This document shows positions 1 through 9,943 of a DNA stretch of 55,850 nucleotides, in pieces. Each line of letters begins with the position of its first letter. The stretch's first letter is position 1. The stretch is from contig JBCBUK010000020.1 of NCBI GenBank assembly GCA_039818205.1, positions 1 through 55,850 on the forward strand. Reading direction: 5' to 3'. The DNA is from Verrucomicrobiota bacterium. GTDB lineage: Bacteria; Verrucomicrobiota; Verrucomicrobiia; Opitutales; Cerasicoccaceae. The notes beneath the pieces were generated by a model. The model was given only the letters and a program-made list of their open reading frames with translations. It was not told where the DNA came from and searched no databases. Position numbers and translations under genes: made by a program.

Positions 1-3
1 CTG

Positions 4-1155
4 ATGCATGACTTGGCCGCGCTCATGCAGATGATTGGACTGAACTACTCCGGAAGGCTTCACGACTTCCTGCTCCCGATGGGTATTTCCTTCTACACGT
101 TCCAAACCATGAGCTATACGATCGACGTGTACCATGGAAAATGCAAAGCAGAGAAACATCCCGGATACTTTGCGCTATACGTCACGTTCTTCCCACAGTT
201 AGTTGCGGGTCCAATTGAACGGGCTAGCCACTTACTTCATCAATTGCGTCAAAGCCATTGTTTGAAATCCACAAACTTGCGATACGGCTTTCTACGAATT
301 CTCTGGGGTTTGTTTAAGAAAACGGTCATCGCAGACAATCTGGCGGAATTGGTCGATTACGCTTACGCCGACCCATCAAACCAAAGTTCATTTGCCCTTG
401 CCCTAGCGACATTCTTTTTTGCCGTTCAAATTTACTGTGACTTCTCCGGCTACACCGACATTGCAATTGGATCGGCCCGCCTGTTCGGCATCAAACTCAT
501 GGAGAATTTCCGCCTTCCCTACCTCTCGAAAACGATTCATGAGTTCTGGGGCCGTTGGCATATTTCTTTGTCAACGTGGTTTCGAGATTACGTCTATATC
601 CCAATTGGCGGAAACCGTGTCATTCGCTGGCGTTGGTATTTCAACCTGATCATTACATTTGTGGCTAGTGGCTTGTGGCATGGGGCCTCTTGGAACTTCC
701 TCATATGGGGGCTGATTCATGGGTTATTGCTCATTGGTACTTATTCAATTTTCAATAAGCAGCAGATGAACCAACTCAGCGGTTGGAAGGCTTGGATTAC
801 CGGATCGGTAACGTTTGTTTTAGTATGTGCGGCTTGGATCTTTTTCCGGGCTGAAACCCTTCCGACCGCATGGGCCATACTTTCCAAAATCCTGACGCAG
901 CCAGACTTTACACTGATTGAGCAGGTCCGGACAAATACACTCTACCTCGGGCAACCCTTATGGCGTTTCATGGCGTTAGGAACCCTGGCACTAAGCTTCT
1001 TGCTAATGGAATGGGTATTCAACCGCTATTCAGCCTATCGGCGCATCGTTTGTGGCCGACGAATGATTCGCTGGGGAGTCTACTACCTGTTAATCCTTCT
1101 GATCATTTTACTAGGCAATTTTGGGCATAACGAATTCATCTACTTTCAGTTCTAA
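4..1155 (+). CDS. MBOAT family O-acyltransferase (AlgI/DltB-like), probably 5'-truncated by the window edge
   Basis: Motifs LPMGISFYTFQ, FFPQLVAGPIER, YCDFSGYTDIA, FWGRWHISLSTWFRDYVYIP, SGLWHGA (catalytic His); ends FIYFQF. Confidence 0.93.
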   Translation: MHDLAALMQMIGLNYSGRLHDFLLPMGISFYTFQTMSYTIDVYHGKCKAEKHPGYFALYVTFFPQLVAGPIERASHLLHQLRQSHCLKSTNLRYGFLRILWGLFKKTVIADNLAELVDYAYADPSNQSSFALALATFFFAVQIYCDFSGYTDIAIGSARLFGIKLMENFRLPYLSKTIHEFWGRWHISLSTWFRDYVYIPIGGNRVIRWRWYFNLIITFVASGLWHGASWNFLIWGLIHGLLLIGTYSIFNKQQMNQLSGWKAWITGSVTFVLVCAAWIFFRAETLPTAWAILSKILTQPDFTLIEQVRTNTLYLGQPLWRFMALGTLALSFLLMEWVFNRYSAYRRIVCGRRMIRWGVYYLLILLIILLGNFGHNEFIYFQF

Positions 1156-2150
1156 TGCGCATTCCACCTATCATAGTTCGTTTTTGCCTATTTGTTCTAG
1201 GATTGATCGTCGTTTTGCTCTTTTTAAACTGGTTCGTCACCTTTGGTGCAAAGCACAGCAGCAAAAACTGGACGGGAAAAATAAATTCGGTTTTTGGACA
1301 TGCGATCGATCCCGAGTTTATCCTATTTGGTTCGTCCGTCGCGGATGTGGGATTTGATGCACCCTTGTTCCAAGAGTTAACTCAGATGAGCGCTTTCAAT
1401 GCGGCAATCGATGGAACCGCACTCCGACAGAACCAAGCGTTGATTCACGAATTTATTGGCTACTCCGAAGACTGCGAATACCTGGCAATTGGAATCTCCT
1501 TTTTCAGTTTTACCAACAGTAAGGGACCACTAACCCAACCAACACGTTGGTATGCGCAGATCGGAAACGAAAATATCGATACAATGTTTCGCCAGAATGT
1601 TCCCGATTTATACTGGAAGGTACGCTGGCTTCCCGGCTACGCCTTCACCCAATATTCTGCGACTTTCTACAAAGACTCAGCATACGGTTGGTTGAACTAC
1701 CTCAAAGGCCAACGCTATACGAGCGCCACCCTAGGATCGATGTTGCAAGATCGCCCTTACGATGAAGCCGAAGCGATCTCTCCCAGCCAGTTCGACACGA
1801 AACTCATTCAGATCGATTCCGCCTTTGTTTCGCAGGTCGAGCAATTACTCCAAGAAATTCGGGCAAAGGGAATTCGAGTTATTCTAATTCGATTTCCAAT
1901 GTATATCGACGGTCAGAGAACCTTTAAAAACTATAGTGAAGTCAGCGATGTGATCCGCCAAGAATTGATCCAACCAGGCGACATCTTCATTGATTTTTCC
2001 GACCATCCACTCTGCAACGATAAGACGTATTTTTATAATAACGGCCACGTCAATCGAGACGGTGCCCAAAAGGTAACTGAAGAAATTGCCAAGCAGGTCC
2101 AATTGCTCTCAGATACCAGCCAGCAACGTGCGGGAGCAAACCAGCAATAA
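1155..2150 (+). CDS. Membrane-anchored SGNH-like/DltD-like partner of the MBOAT
   Basis: TAATG coupling to MBOAT; N-terminal TM; GSS block; C-terminal 'FYNNGHVNRDGA' resembling the SGNH DxxH block. Confidence 0.7.
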   Translation: MRIPPIIVRFCLFVLGLIVVLLFLNWFVTFGAKHSSKNWTGKINSVFGHAIDPEFILFGSSVADVGFDAPLFQELTQMSAFNAAIDGTALRQNQALIHEFIGYSEDCEYLAIGISFFSFTNSKGPLTQPTRWYAQIGNENIDTMFRQNVPDLYWKVRWLPGYAFTQYSATFYKDSAYGWLNYLKGQRYTSATLGSMLQDRPYDEAEAISPSQFDTKLIQIDSAFVSQVEQLLQEIRAKGIRVILIRFPMYIDGQRTFKNYSEVSDVIRQELIQPGDIFIDFSDHPLCNDKTYFYNNGHVNRDGAQKVTEEIAKQVQLLSDTSQQRAGANQQ

Positions 2151-2237
2151 ACGCCTTGATGCCGGCCTAAACTCGACGACTTGGGCACTAACCGGGACTT
2201 ACTGAAACCGGACCATCTGCTGAAGGATCGATCAGCC

Positions 2238-3602
2238 CTAGTGCAGTAGGCGCCCTTCAACGAAGTCAGCCGTTACTCGCTCAAGGCGCACGCGGGTCAA
2301 TTGATTGCGCAGTGAAGCCGCAGTGTGGCCCGACAAGCCATCACCGGACAATACCACGCGAACGTAGTTGTCGGTCAAGCCTGAGGCAACCTCGCCCCGC
2401 GGATCCTCAAACAGTACCGTCGTCTCTCGGCCAAGGTTCGCTTCGTAAAATGCAAAACGACGTTCAGCCGAAAGGCGACGCAGCCGCGCGCTTCGCCGGT
2501 GACGCTCTTCCATCGGCAGATGGTCGTTGCGGCGCGCCGCTGGTGTGTTGCCTCGTTCCGAGTAAGTAAAGACATGGCCATAAGCCAGCGGATTATCAGT
2601 CAACACCCGGCAGCTCTCGGCGAAATCTTCCTCAGACTCTCCGGGGAAGCCCACCATAATATCGGTACCAATACAGATGCCGGGAACACGCTTGGCGGCG
2701 TCCTGCACAAAGGTCTCCCACTCACTGATCGAGTATCGCCGCCGCATCTCTTGAAGCACTTTATCAGAACCACTTTGTAGCGGGATGTGAAGGTATGGCA
2801 TGAGCGCATGCTCGGGATCCATCATCCGATCGAACAACTCAACTGGAATCGTCGTCGGCTCGATACTGCTGATTCTTACGCGTTCCAATCCGTCAATAGC
2901 ATGCAATGCATCAACGATATCGAGAACCGACCGTTTGCCGTGATCGTAGGTGCCGATATTGACCCCCGTTAAAACGAGCTCGCGAACTCCGCGACCGACT
3001 TGGTGCCTCGCCTCCGCCATCATATCCGAAAACTCACGGCTCCGTGCTCGGCCCCGCGCAAACGGAATAATGCAGAAGCTGCACATGAAATCACATCCGT
3101 CCTGCACCTTAAGGTTAGCCCGCCACTCGAAGGGAGTTTCGCCGGCAAAATTCAACGTAAAATCATCCCGATCAATTCGCTCCCGAACAATGACGGGGCG
3201 CTCGTTCTTTTCGCCCTCACCAATGTAGTCCAAGACATTCATCTTGTCATGATTACCCAGGATCAAGTCAACGCCTTCAATCTCAGCGATTTCCTTGGCT
3301 CCCATCTGCGAATAGCAACCGACAACCGCTGTATAGGCTTCCGGATTGCGCCGTATAAATCCGCGAATCGCCTGACGGCATTTTGAATCTGCCAATCGGG
3401 TAACGGTACACGTGTTGATGATTGCCAGATCCGCTGGCTCGGCGAAATCGACGACATCATAGCCAGCCGATAGAAGCTTCTCCCGCAGGATCATCGTTTC
3501 GCTTTGGTTGAGCCGGCACCCAAGCGTATGCAACGCAGCGCGCCGAGAATGCGGCCGACTCGGTACAGATTCCGTTAGCGAACTGGTTGCTACTCCACTC
3601 AT
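2238..3602 (-). CDS. mtaB: tRNA t6A37 methylthiotransferase MtaB (radical SAM)
   Basis: TLGCRLNQSE, INTCTVT, radical-SAM GCDFMCSFC, HIPLQSGSD, GLTDNY; ATG at 3602 chosen over upstream TTG. Confidence 0.9.
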   Translation of the reverse strand: MSGVATSSLTESVPSRPHSRRAALHTLGCRLNQSETMILREKLLSAGYDVVDFAEPADLAIINTCTVTRLADSKCRQAIRGFIRRNPEAYTAVVGCYSQMGAKEIAEIEGVDLILGNHDKMNVLDYIGEGEKNERPVIVRERIDRDDFTLNFAGETPFEWRANLKVQDGCDFMCSFCIIPFARGRARSREFSDMMAEARHQVGRGVRELVLTGVNIGTYDHGKRSVLDIVDALHAIDGLERVRISSIEPTTIPVELFDRMMDPEHALMPYLHIPLQSGSDKVLQEMRRRYSISEWETFVQDAAKRVPGICIGTDIMVGFPGESEEDFAESCRVLTDNPLAYGHVFTYSERGNTPAARRNDHLPMEERHRRSARLRRLSAERRFAFYEANLGRETTVLFEDPRGEVASGLTDNYVRVVLSGDGLSGHTAASLRNQLTRVRLERVTADFVEGRLLH

Positions 3603-3666
3603 TGAAAACCCCGCACCCAATCACGTCGCAGCCGATTCATCAAGCGCGAAGCAAGCGAAACGACGC

Positions 3667-4059
3667 CTAGGAAATCGTTTCAAGTTCCTCAAGGCCTTCA
3701 GACACGTAAGCGTCCATCCGCGAAACCAACGAATCATATTCGGTAAAAGTTCCAGCCCTCAAACCAAGCTCAACTGAGCGGCAGTAAGCGGCCGCCCGGC
3801 CCAGGGCAACATTGCCAATACTGCCACAGATTCGGTGAACCAACGCCGACAAAACCTCGTCCTCGGGAGACTCAAGCGCCGCAATCAACTCCTCACGCCG
3901 CTCTTGATACTCGACCTTAAAAAGCGATTTCAATTCCTCCAAAAACGCCCCCAGATCCTCACCGGCCGCCTCCTTCCAGAAACTCAAAAACTGATGGTCC
4001 AGAACCGGAAAGCTCTGGGGATCGTTTTTCTCTGCTGGCTGAGAGCCTGGACTACTCAT
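3667..4059 (-). CDS. Hpt (histidine phosphotransfer) domain protein
   Basis: All-helical 130 aa with 'LVHRICGSIGNVAL' (HxLKGS-like); overlaps end of receiver gene. Confidence 0.75.
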   Translation of the reverse strand: MSSPGSQPAEKNDPQSFPVLDHQFLSFWKEAAGEDLGAFLEELKSLFKVEYQERREELIAALESPEDEVLSALVHRICGSIGNVALGRAAAYCRSVELGLRAGTFTEYDSLVSRMDAYVSEGLEELETIS

Positions 4060-4423
4060 TGGGCGGAACTAATTCTGAAATAGCCGACAACAACAAACTC
4101 GGTGCGAACGGCTTAGTGAAAATACGATTCGCCCCAGCCTGAGTCAACTGATTATGCAGTTGGTCCTCGCCACGCCCAGTCACGACGATGATCGGCAGTC
4201 CTGCCAAATCTTCATCCCCACGGATCGTTTCAATCAATTCCTCCCCCGACTTTCCGGGCAGCATTAAATCAATGATGGCAATATCCGGGCGTTCGACGCG
4301 AATCAGATGTTCAGCCCCAAGCCCTTCACGACATATGATCAATTGATGACCGTGCCGCTTCAAGTTGAACTCAAGCAGGCGGATCATCAATGGGTCGTCA
4401 TCTGCAATTAGAATCTTACTCAT
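4052..4423 (-). CDS. Stand-alone response regulator receiver protein
   Basis: KILIADDD, IIDLMLP (phospho-Asp), VVTG, TKPF; ATG 4423 overlaps upstream TGA (ATGA). Confidence 0.9.
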   Translation of the reverse strand: MSKILIADDDPLMIRLLEFNLKRHGHQLIICREGLGAEHLIRVERPDIAIIDLMLPGKSGEELIETIRGDEDLAGLPIIVVTGRGEDQLHNQLTQAGANRIFTKPFAPSLLLSAISELVPPNE

Positions 4424-6102
4424 ACTTTTTGCCAGTATAGGAAGGTTTGGTCGTCGTTGCACGGCGCTCCATTGGCATCAATCTCTTTGCGCAATGCCCG
4501 CCACACACTCTCGGGACCTTCATGGAGGCGATCTTGCAGAAATTCAACGAAATTTTCCCATCCCCAGAGCTCTTCGCCACGCTCCCACTCGTAGAGACCG
4601 TCCGTAACCATGAACACGCTGGCCGGCCCCTGCAGGCTGAATCGCTCCGCGGTATAAGCAGCATCTGGGAACAAGCCCAAGGGAGGCCCTGAGGGCTCAA
4701 TTCGGATCAGTTCATCACCATTCAACGCCGCAAGAATGGGACAATGCCCCGCGTTGATAAACTCTATCTTCTGCAAGTTCTTCGGAACACGGGCAATGGC
4801 ACAAGTGGCAAACATCGTCATGTCAGCCAACTCCCGGCACAAGGTGCGATTCAACGCCACGACCAGGCTGGATAGCGAGTATTGGAATGAAAGACTGATG
4901 TGTAGCGCGGTCCGAAACATGGCTGCCAAAAATGCCGCCGGCACCCCTTTGCCCATAACATCAATCATGCAAAAGAAAAGATCTCCACCCCGCGACTCAC
5001 AGATCTCCACGTGATCACCCGATACCTCATGGGCCGTGCGCCTGCGGACAAACGCACTCCACCCATCGCCCTGAGTCAATTGCGGGAGAGGCAACAATCG
5101 ATCCTGCATCTCCGACGCAATTTCCAATTCCCGGAGTGCCTGGCTCTCTCGATCTCTAATCTGAGCGTTACTCGCGTTCATCACCGCAATGCCTATCAAA
5201 TCCGCAAAAGTACGGATTGTATTGCGGGTGCCCGCATTGAGCGACATCTCTCCCGCCCGATTCGCGAGCATCAAAACACCACAGCCACGACCGCCGACTT
5301 GGACCCGACAAAGGATACCGCACTCGTGGCCTTTGAGGTTTGGGTCGCCCGCGACCTCGGCGTGTGAGGCCCAGCTAAACTCCTCTTTATCGAGTACGTT
5401 TTGCAACAGCTCCGACGACTCGGGCAAGGCGTAGGCCAACTCGGCCATAGCCAACTCCGCAACCAATGCCGATTGGATATGCTCGCTCAAATAAATGCGA
5501 AACGTTTGATGGGGAGCCACACCGCGCAAGTCAATCTTTGCCTGGCGCAGGAAGTCTAAAACCGTCTCGCTCTCCACCAAGGCATCTCCGAGCCGATAAA
5601 ACGCGGCAATGCTTTCGTAGGAAGCCGAAAGCTCACTCATTGCCTGGTCCAACAGCTCCTCCGCCGTTGACGACCGCAGCATATCCGGATGCCGGCACGC
5701 CACGCGACTACTGTAGCCATTGCGTCCCCGCCAGTGGCTCCATTCATCCACCAAACTCGCAATGAGAAAAAGGCCGCGCCCATGAGTCGAAAAATCGTCA
5801 GCCGGCAACTTGGGGTCACGAATCAATTCATTCGAAGGGCCCTCTCCTGGATCGGTCACCGACAAGGACACCCAATCGTCAAGCAACTCCCACCGAACCT
5901 CGATGATCAACTCAGCCCGTTCACCACACCCGTGGACAATGGCATTGGTTAGCAGCTCAGTGAGAACCAATTGCCAATCGCTAATGACTTTGGGCGGAAG
6001 CGCTAAATTGGCCAGGAATACCCCAAAGCGTTGACGCACTCCATCAACCAGATCTAGCGAGGCAGATAGCCGTTCTATTTTTCCGGTCAACGAACCGCTC
6101 AT
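4420..6102 (-). CDS. RsbW-like HATPase + GAF-like + SpoIIE/PP2C phosphatase fusion
   Basis: N-term ELLTNAIVHG, DPGEG, GRGLFLI; C-term VSGD, DVMGKG, NAGH, TDGL, DDQT. Confidence 0.88.
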   Translation of the reverse strand: MSGSLTGKIERLSASLDLVDGVRQRFGVFLANLALPPKVISDWQLVLTELLTNAIVHGCGERAELIIEVRWELLDDWVSLSVTDPGEGPSNELIRDPKLPADDFSTHGRGLFLIASLVDEWSHWRGRNGYSSRVACRHPDMLRSSTAEELLDQAMSELSASYESIAAFYRLGDALVESETVLDFLRQAKIDLRGVAPHQTFRIYLSEHIQSALVAELAMAELAYALPESSELLQNVLDKEEFSWASHAEVAGDPNLKGHECGILCRVQVGGRGCGVLMLANRAGEMSLNAGTRNTIRTFADLIGIAVMNASNAQIRDRESQALRELEIASEMQDRLLPLPQLTQGDGWSAFVRRRTAHEVSGDHVEICESRGGDLFFCMIDVMGKGVPAAFLAAMFRTALHISLSFQYSLSSLVVALNRTLCRELADMTMFATCAIARVPKNLQKIEFINAGHCPILAALNGDELIRIEPSGPPLGLFPDAAYTAERFSLQGPASVFMVTDGLYEWERGEELWGWENFVEFLQDRLHEGPESVWRALRKEIDANGAPCNDDQTFLYWQKV

Positions 6103-6191
6103 TGTCAAAAGGCTAATTTGAGTCGCCCCGATGTCGAAGCCGAATTTTTACCTTTTCGTTCGCCGCGAATTAGGTCATTTATTCATCACGA

Positions 6192-6515
6192 ATGGATCCT
6201 TTCTCACACCATCTCAAGGACCAGGGAAAGGCCCTGATTGTAAAAATCGATTTGACCAAGTTTGACGTTGGGGTGTCCAAAGAGTTTCAACAATACATGG
6301 ATATTGTTTGGGACGACTCCATGAAGAGCATAACGCTAGATGTCTCTTCCGTTACCTTTATCGACAGTAGCGGCGTCGGCGCACTTCTAAGCGTACACAA
6401 ACTGGCCGGAGATTCCTGCCAGATCATTCTGAGTGGCGTGAAACCTCCGGTCCGTGAAGTGATTGAGCTGCTGCGGCTCCAGCGGGTCTTTACCCTTCAG
6501 AGCCCCAACGCTTAA
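6192..6515 (+). CDS. STAS anti-anti-sigma factor
   Basis: LDVSSVTFIDSSGVGALL with the phosphorylatable Ser; divergent from the RsbW-SpoIIE gene. Confidence 0.9.
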   Translation: MDPFSHHLKDQGKALIVKIDLTKFDVGVSKEFQQYMDIVWDDSMKSITLDVSSVTFIDSSGVGALLSVHKLAGDSCQIILSGVKPPVREVIELLRLQRVFTLQSPNA

Positions 6516-6534
6516 GCATTTCCAGGCTTCGGGC

Positions 6535-6870
6535 CTAGAAGAAACGCATGGTTTTCGATGCCATCCGCTCATGCTCTTCGTCGGTGCAAGGAGCATTGGT
6601 GGCAACATCGACTTCAGCCGCATTGGGCTCAACAATCTGATTACTGAGCATATAGTTCTCGACCTCCTCACCGCTAACGTCGGCAAGCATCACTCCGTCA
6701 ATTTCGACACAGGGTGATAAGGTCTGTCCGGATTTTTCAACCATCTCGGCGTAGATTTCCGGATTGTTGATGATATCGCGGTCGTCAAATTCGATATTAT
6801 ATTTCTTAAAAATGGCACGGACTCCGTTACTCCAACCGCAATATGGCTTTAACCAGGCAATGACCTTCAT
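6535..6870 (-). CDS. Glutaredoxin family protein
   Basis: KPYCGWS active-site motif; SGQTLSP cis-Pro region. Confidence 0.8.
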   Translation of the reverse strand: MKVIAWLKPYCGWSNGVRAIFKKYNIEFDDRDIINNPEIYAEMVEKSGQTLSPCVEIDGVMLADVSGEEVENYMLSNQIVEPNAAEVDVATNAPCTDEEHERMASKTMRFF

Positions 6871-6987
6871 GTATCAATCTTGTTTTAAGTTATTCTTTGA
6901 GATTAGTCAGATTCACCGTAAATGTAAGCCGCTCAAACGCGAAAATCAAGAATCGGTCTAACAAATTTGTAATATTCGGGAACATTT

Positions 6988-7902
6988 TTGGTAATATTTG
7001 TCGAAGTCGCTTTACAAAAGCACTCGCACGCCATCACGTCCGACATTGTTGAGAAACCATATTTAATCTTCCCAAAAATTCGAGCAGACCCTTCTTTTCG
7101 CTATTTGCCCAACGCCACCGCGATCGACGCTGCCGCTGTCGGAATTTTTTGGTATCTCGCCTACTCTCAAGCACTTGGGCTAAATCCAGGCATCGTCGAA
7201 GCCCTGATTCTCGGCATGTCCATTTGGCTCGTCTATCTAGGTGACCGATGGTTAGATGTGCGCGTCCGTCACTGGGTTGACATGCCGACCTACCGGCACC
7301 GTTTTGTCGCCCGTTGGCGACGAACACTTTTCCTTTTTTGGATATGTATTCTTGGCTTGAACGTTGGCCTCGCGTTTTTCCAACTCACGAAACCGCAATT
7401 GCTTGCCGGCCTTGTGGTCCTTTCCGCGAGCATCCTCTACACAGTCGGAATCCAAAAGCAATTGGCCTGGCTTATCCCCAAGGAGGGCCAGATTGCGCTA
7501 ATCTTTTCCGCCGGCATTGGCCTCTTCTTTGTGGGCCGACCGATGCCGTTAGGAGATGTCATCGACCTCGGCCTCGGCCTGGCTTGTTTCAGCCTGGTTT
7601 GCTTCGCGAACTGTGGTCTGATCGCCCGCTGGGAGGTCTCAATTGACGAGCAACTGGAACGCCGATCCATCGCACGAAGTATCGGAGACCGCGCGAACCA
7701 ACTTCGCGTTTTGGCCTGGATCGCATTAATTGCCTGCACCATTTCCGGCATGTTCTTTCAACCAATCTGGTGGCTTGCCATCTACACCGCGCTCCTGCTG
7801 GCAGTCGACCGTTATCGATTTCCCGCTAACCTAGAAGATCGCCGAGCCTTGGCCGACGGCCTACTCGCCCTGCTCGGTCTGCTGGCCTGGATTTTCACCT
7901 AA
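6988..7902 (+). CDS. Multi-pass membrane protein, UbiA-prenyltransferase-like (start uncertain)
   Basis: Several hydrophobic segments; 'WLVYLGDRWLD', 'IPKE'; 3' end overlaps convergent lolD. Confidence 0.55.
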   Translation: MVIFVEVALQKHSHAITSDIVEKPYLIFPKIRADPSFRYLPNATAIDAAAVGIFWYLAYSQALGLNPGIVEALILGMSIWLVYLGDRWLDVRVRHWVDMPTYRHRFVARWRRTLFLFWICILGLNVGLAFFQLTKPQLLAGLVVLSASILYTVGIQKQLAWLIPKEGQIALIFSAGIGLFFVGRPMPLGDVIDLGLGLACFSLVCFANCGLIARWEVSIDEQLERRSIARSIGDRANQLRVLAWIALIACTISGMFFQPIWWLAIYTALLLAVDRYRFPANLEDRRALADGLLALLGLLAWIFT

Positions 7903-8589
7903 AGCAACCGCCTCGAAACGACCACTATGCATATAAAGCTGGCGGTCAGTGATCTCCGCAAATGCCGGGTTATGAGTCACCAAAACAAGGCTCGACTGCT
8001 CTTCAGCGCAAAGATCCATGAGCATTTGCATGATTTGCTCGCCAGTACGCTCATCAAGATTTCCCGTCGGCTCATCCGCAAGGATCAACGGCGGCCGGTT
8101 CATCAGAGCACGAGCAACCGCCACCCGCTGCTTCTCGCCCCCGGACAGCTTCGCGGGTACCTGATTTGCTCGATCCGACAAGCCCACCCGATCCAGGAGC
8201 TCCCGGGCACGATCACGGTCTGCGGACGAGGGCCGCCCCATCAATCGCCGTGCAAGTAGAACATTTTCAAAAGCGCTGAGTTCCGGCATCAAATAGTAGG
8301 CTTGAAAGACGAAGCCCATAAAACTTGCCCGACGGCGGGCCCGCCAATCATTCGACTTACCAAGAACGCTTTCCCCAGCCCAAAACAACTCGCCACTGTC
8401 GGGCTTCTCCAAAACGGATAGCAAATAGAGCAAGGTCGTTTTGCCCGCACCGGATTCACCGCGAATCGCCAAACTCTCCCCTTGCTGAAGCGCAACATCC
8501 GCCTCGTCCAAAACCTGGACCGGCTTGTCCGGAGTCGAAAAAGTCTTCGATAAACCGCGCGCTTCTAATATGGGACCAGAATCAGACAT
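7861..8589 (-). CDS. lolD: LolD-like ABC transporter ATP-binding protein
   Basis: [31 protein letters not shown]; downstream of LolC/E-like permease. Confidence 0.85.
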   Translation of the reverse strand: MSDSGPILEARGLSKTFSTPDKPVQVLDEADVALQQGESLAIRGESGAGKTTLLYLLSVLEKPDSGELFWAGESVLGKSNDWRARRRASFMGFVFQAYYLMPELSAFENVLLARRLMGRPSSADRDRARELLDRVGLSDRANQVPAKLSGGEKQRVAVARALMNRPPLILADEPTGNLDERTGEQIMQMLMDLCAEEQSSLVLVTHNPAFAEITDRQLYMHSGRFEAVALGENPGQQTEQGE

Positions 8590-8593
8590 TGGA

Positions 8594-9829
8594 TTATTCA
8601 GTGCGGATGGCATCGGAGGGTTTCATGCGAGCGGCACGCCACGCCGGATAGAGCCCGGCCAGCGCCCCAACGACCAAACAGAAAATGTAGATCAAAATGA
8701 AATCACTGGTCTGATAGGAAATCGGCAAATCATTAATTGGCAGTGGATAGTGCTCAGTAAATGCATCCCCCTGCCCCGTAACGTATAGCATGCTTTGAAC
8801 GAGCACTGTGCGCAACTTGATGAGCACGACGGCCAGGATTGTCCCGATCACACAACCGGTCATACTCACCAAGATACCGTCCAAGCAAAAGATAGCCGCC
8901 AAATGTCTCGAACGGCCTCCCATCGCATGTAAGAGACCAATTTCGCGAGTTTTCTGAAGCGCCGTAACGATCAAGATCGCCCCGATACAGAAGCCGGCGA
9001 TGATCAGAATCACAAAGAGAAGAAACAGCATGATCGTCTTCTCGAACTGCAATAGGAACAGCAGATTCTCATTCGCCTCCATCCAGCTGAGTGTTTGAAA
9101 ATTCTCTCCCAGCGACTCCCTCAACTCCGCCGTGTAGCTGCCAATACTGTCGGGATCCTCAATGAGGATCATGATTCCGTGTATCCCGTCGCCGAGACCG
9201 TAGAGTTCCTGCATCGTCCGACGAGTCACAATGATGGTGTTATTGTCGACGTCATTAAACTCGGATTGAAAAATGGCGGCAACCTCGAGCTCTTTTGGCA
9301 GCGGGATTTCATCTCGATTCAACTGCTCGAGCATCAGCGGCGAGTAAAGGCTAACCGTTGATCCCACGCCAAGCTGCAACTGATGGGCAACGCCAATACT
9401 CACAATCACCCGTTTGTCGTCAAAGTCATCCAGATCCCCCTGAATGATGTAGTCTTCGAGCGGCACGACCTGGTCATCCTCCCAAGGGTTGAGTCCCGTG
9501 ATTCGAGGAAAAGCCGGCCGGTTCAAGTGCTGCATCATGAGCATGCCCGTCGTATACGGAGTGGCCGCCACCATACCGTCGCGGCTACGCAGATCGTCGA
9601 GCAACTCATCATAGTCGTAAATTATCCGACCATTGAAGATATGGGCATGCCCAAACGTCTCCGAGACCTTGGCTCGAATTTTGTCGCCGAGGCCATTCAT
9701 CACGCTGGCGAAAACGATCAAAATCGCAACTCCGAGCGCCACACCCGTGATTGATATCAACGCAAAAAAAGACACCCATTTCCCAGTCGGAAACAGCTGC
9801 TTAAAAGCGAGATAGAAATACCACGGCAT
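8594..9829 (-). CDS. LolC/E-like (FtsX/MacB) ABC permease
   Basis: ISITGVALGV..SVMNG, KTREIGLLHAMG, YPAWRAARMKP. Confidence 0.85.
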   Translation of the reverse strand: MPWYFYLAFKQLFPTGKWVSFFALISITGVALGVAILIVFASVMNGLGDKIRAKVSETFGHAHIFNGRIIYDYDELLDDLRSRDGMVAATPYTTGMLMMQHLNRPAFPRITGLNPWEDDQVVPLEDYIIQGDLDDFDDKRVIVSIGVAHQLQLGVGSTVSLYSPLMLEQLNRDEIPLPKELEVAAIFQSEFNDVDNNTIIVTRRTMQELYGLGDGIHGIMILIEDPDSIGSYTAELRESLGENFQTLSWMEANENLLFLLQFEKTIMLFLLFVILIIAGFCIGAILIVTALQKTREIGLLHAMGGRSRHLAAIFCLDGILVSMTGCVIGTILAVVLIKLRTVLVQSMLYVTGQGDAFTEHYPLPINDLPISYQTSDFILIYIFCLVVGALAGLYPAWRAARMKPSDAIRTE

Positions 9830-9943
9830 GAGTAAGCGCTACAGTCAGAACACACTTACTCGACAGCGCAAGCTAAAGGACGAGCAATAAAACTGCTCGC
9901 CCTCAAACGAAAGAGGCACCGAGGTGCCCACAAAGCAATCTGA

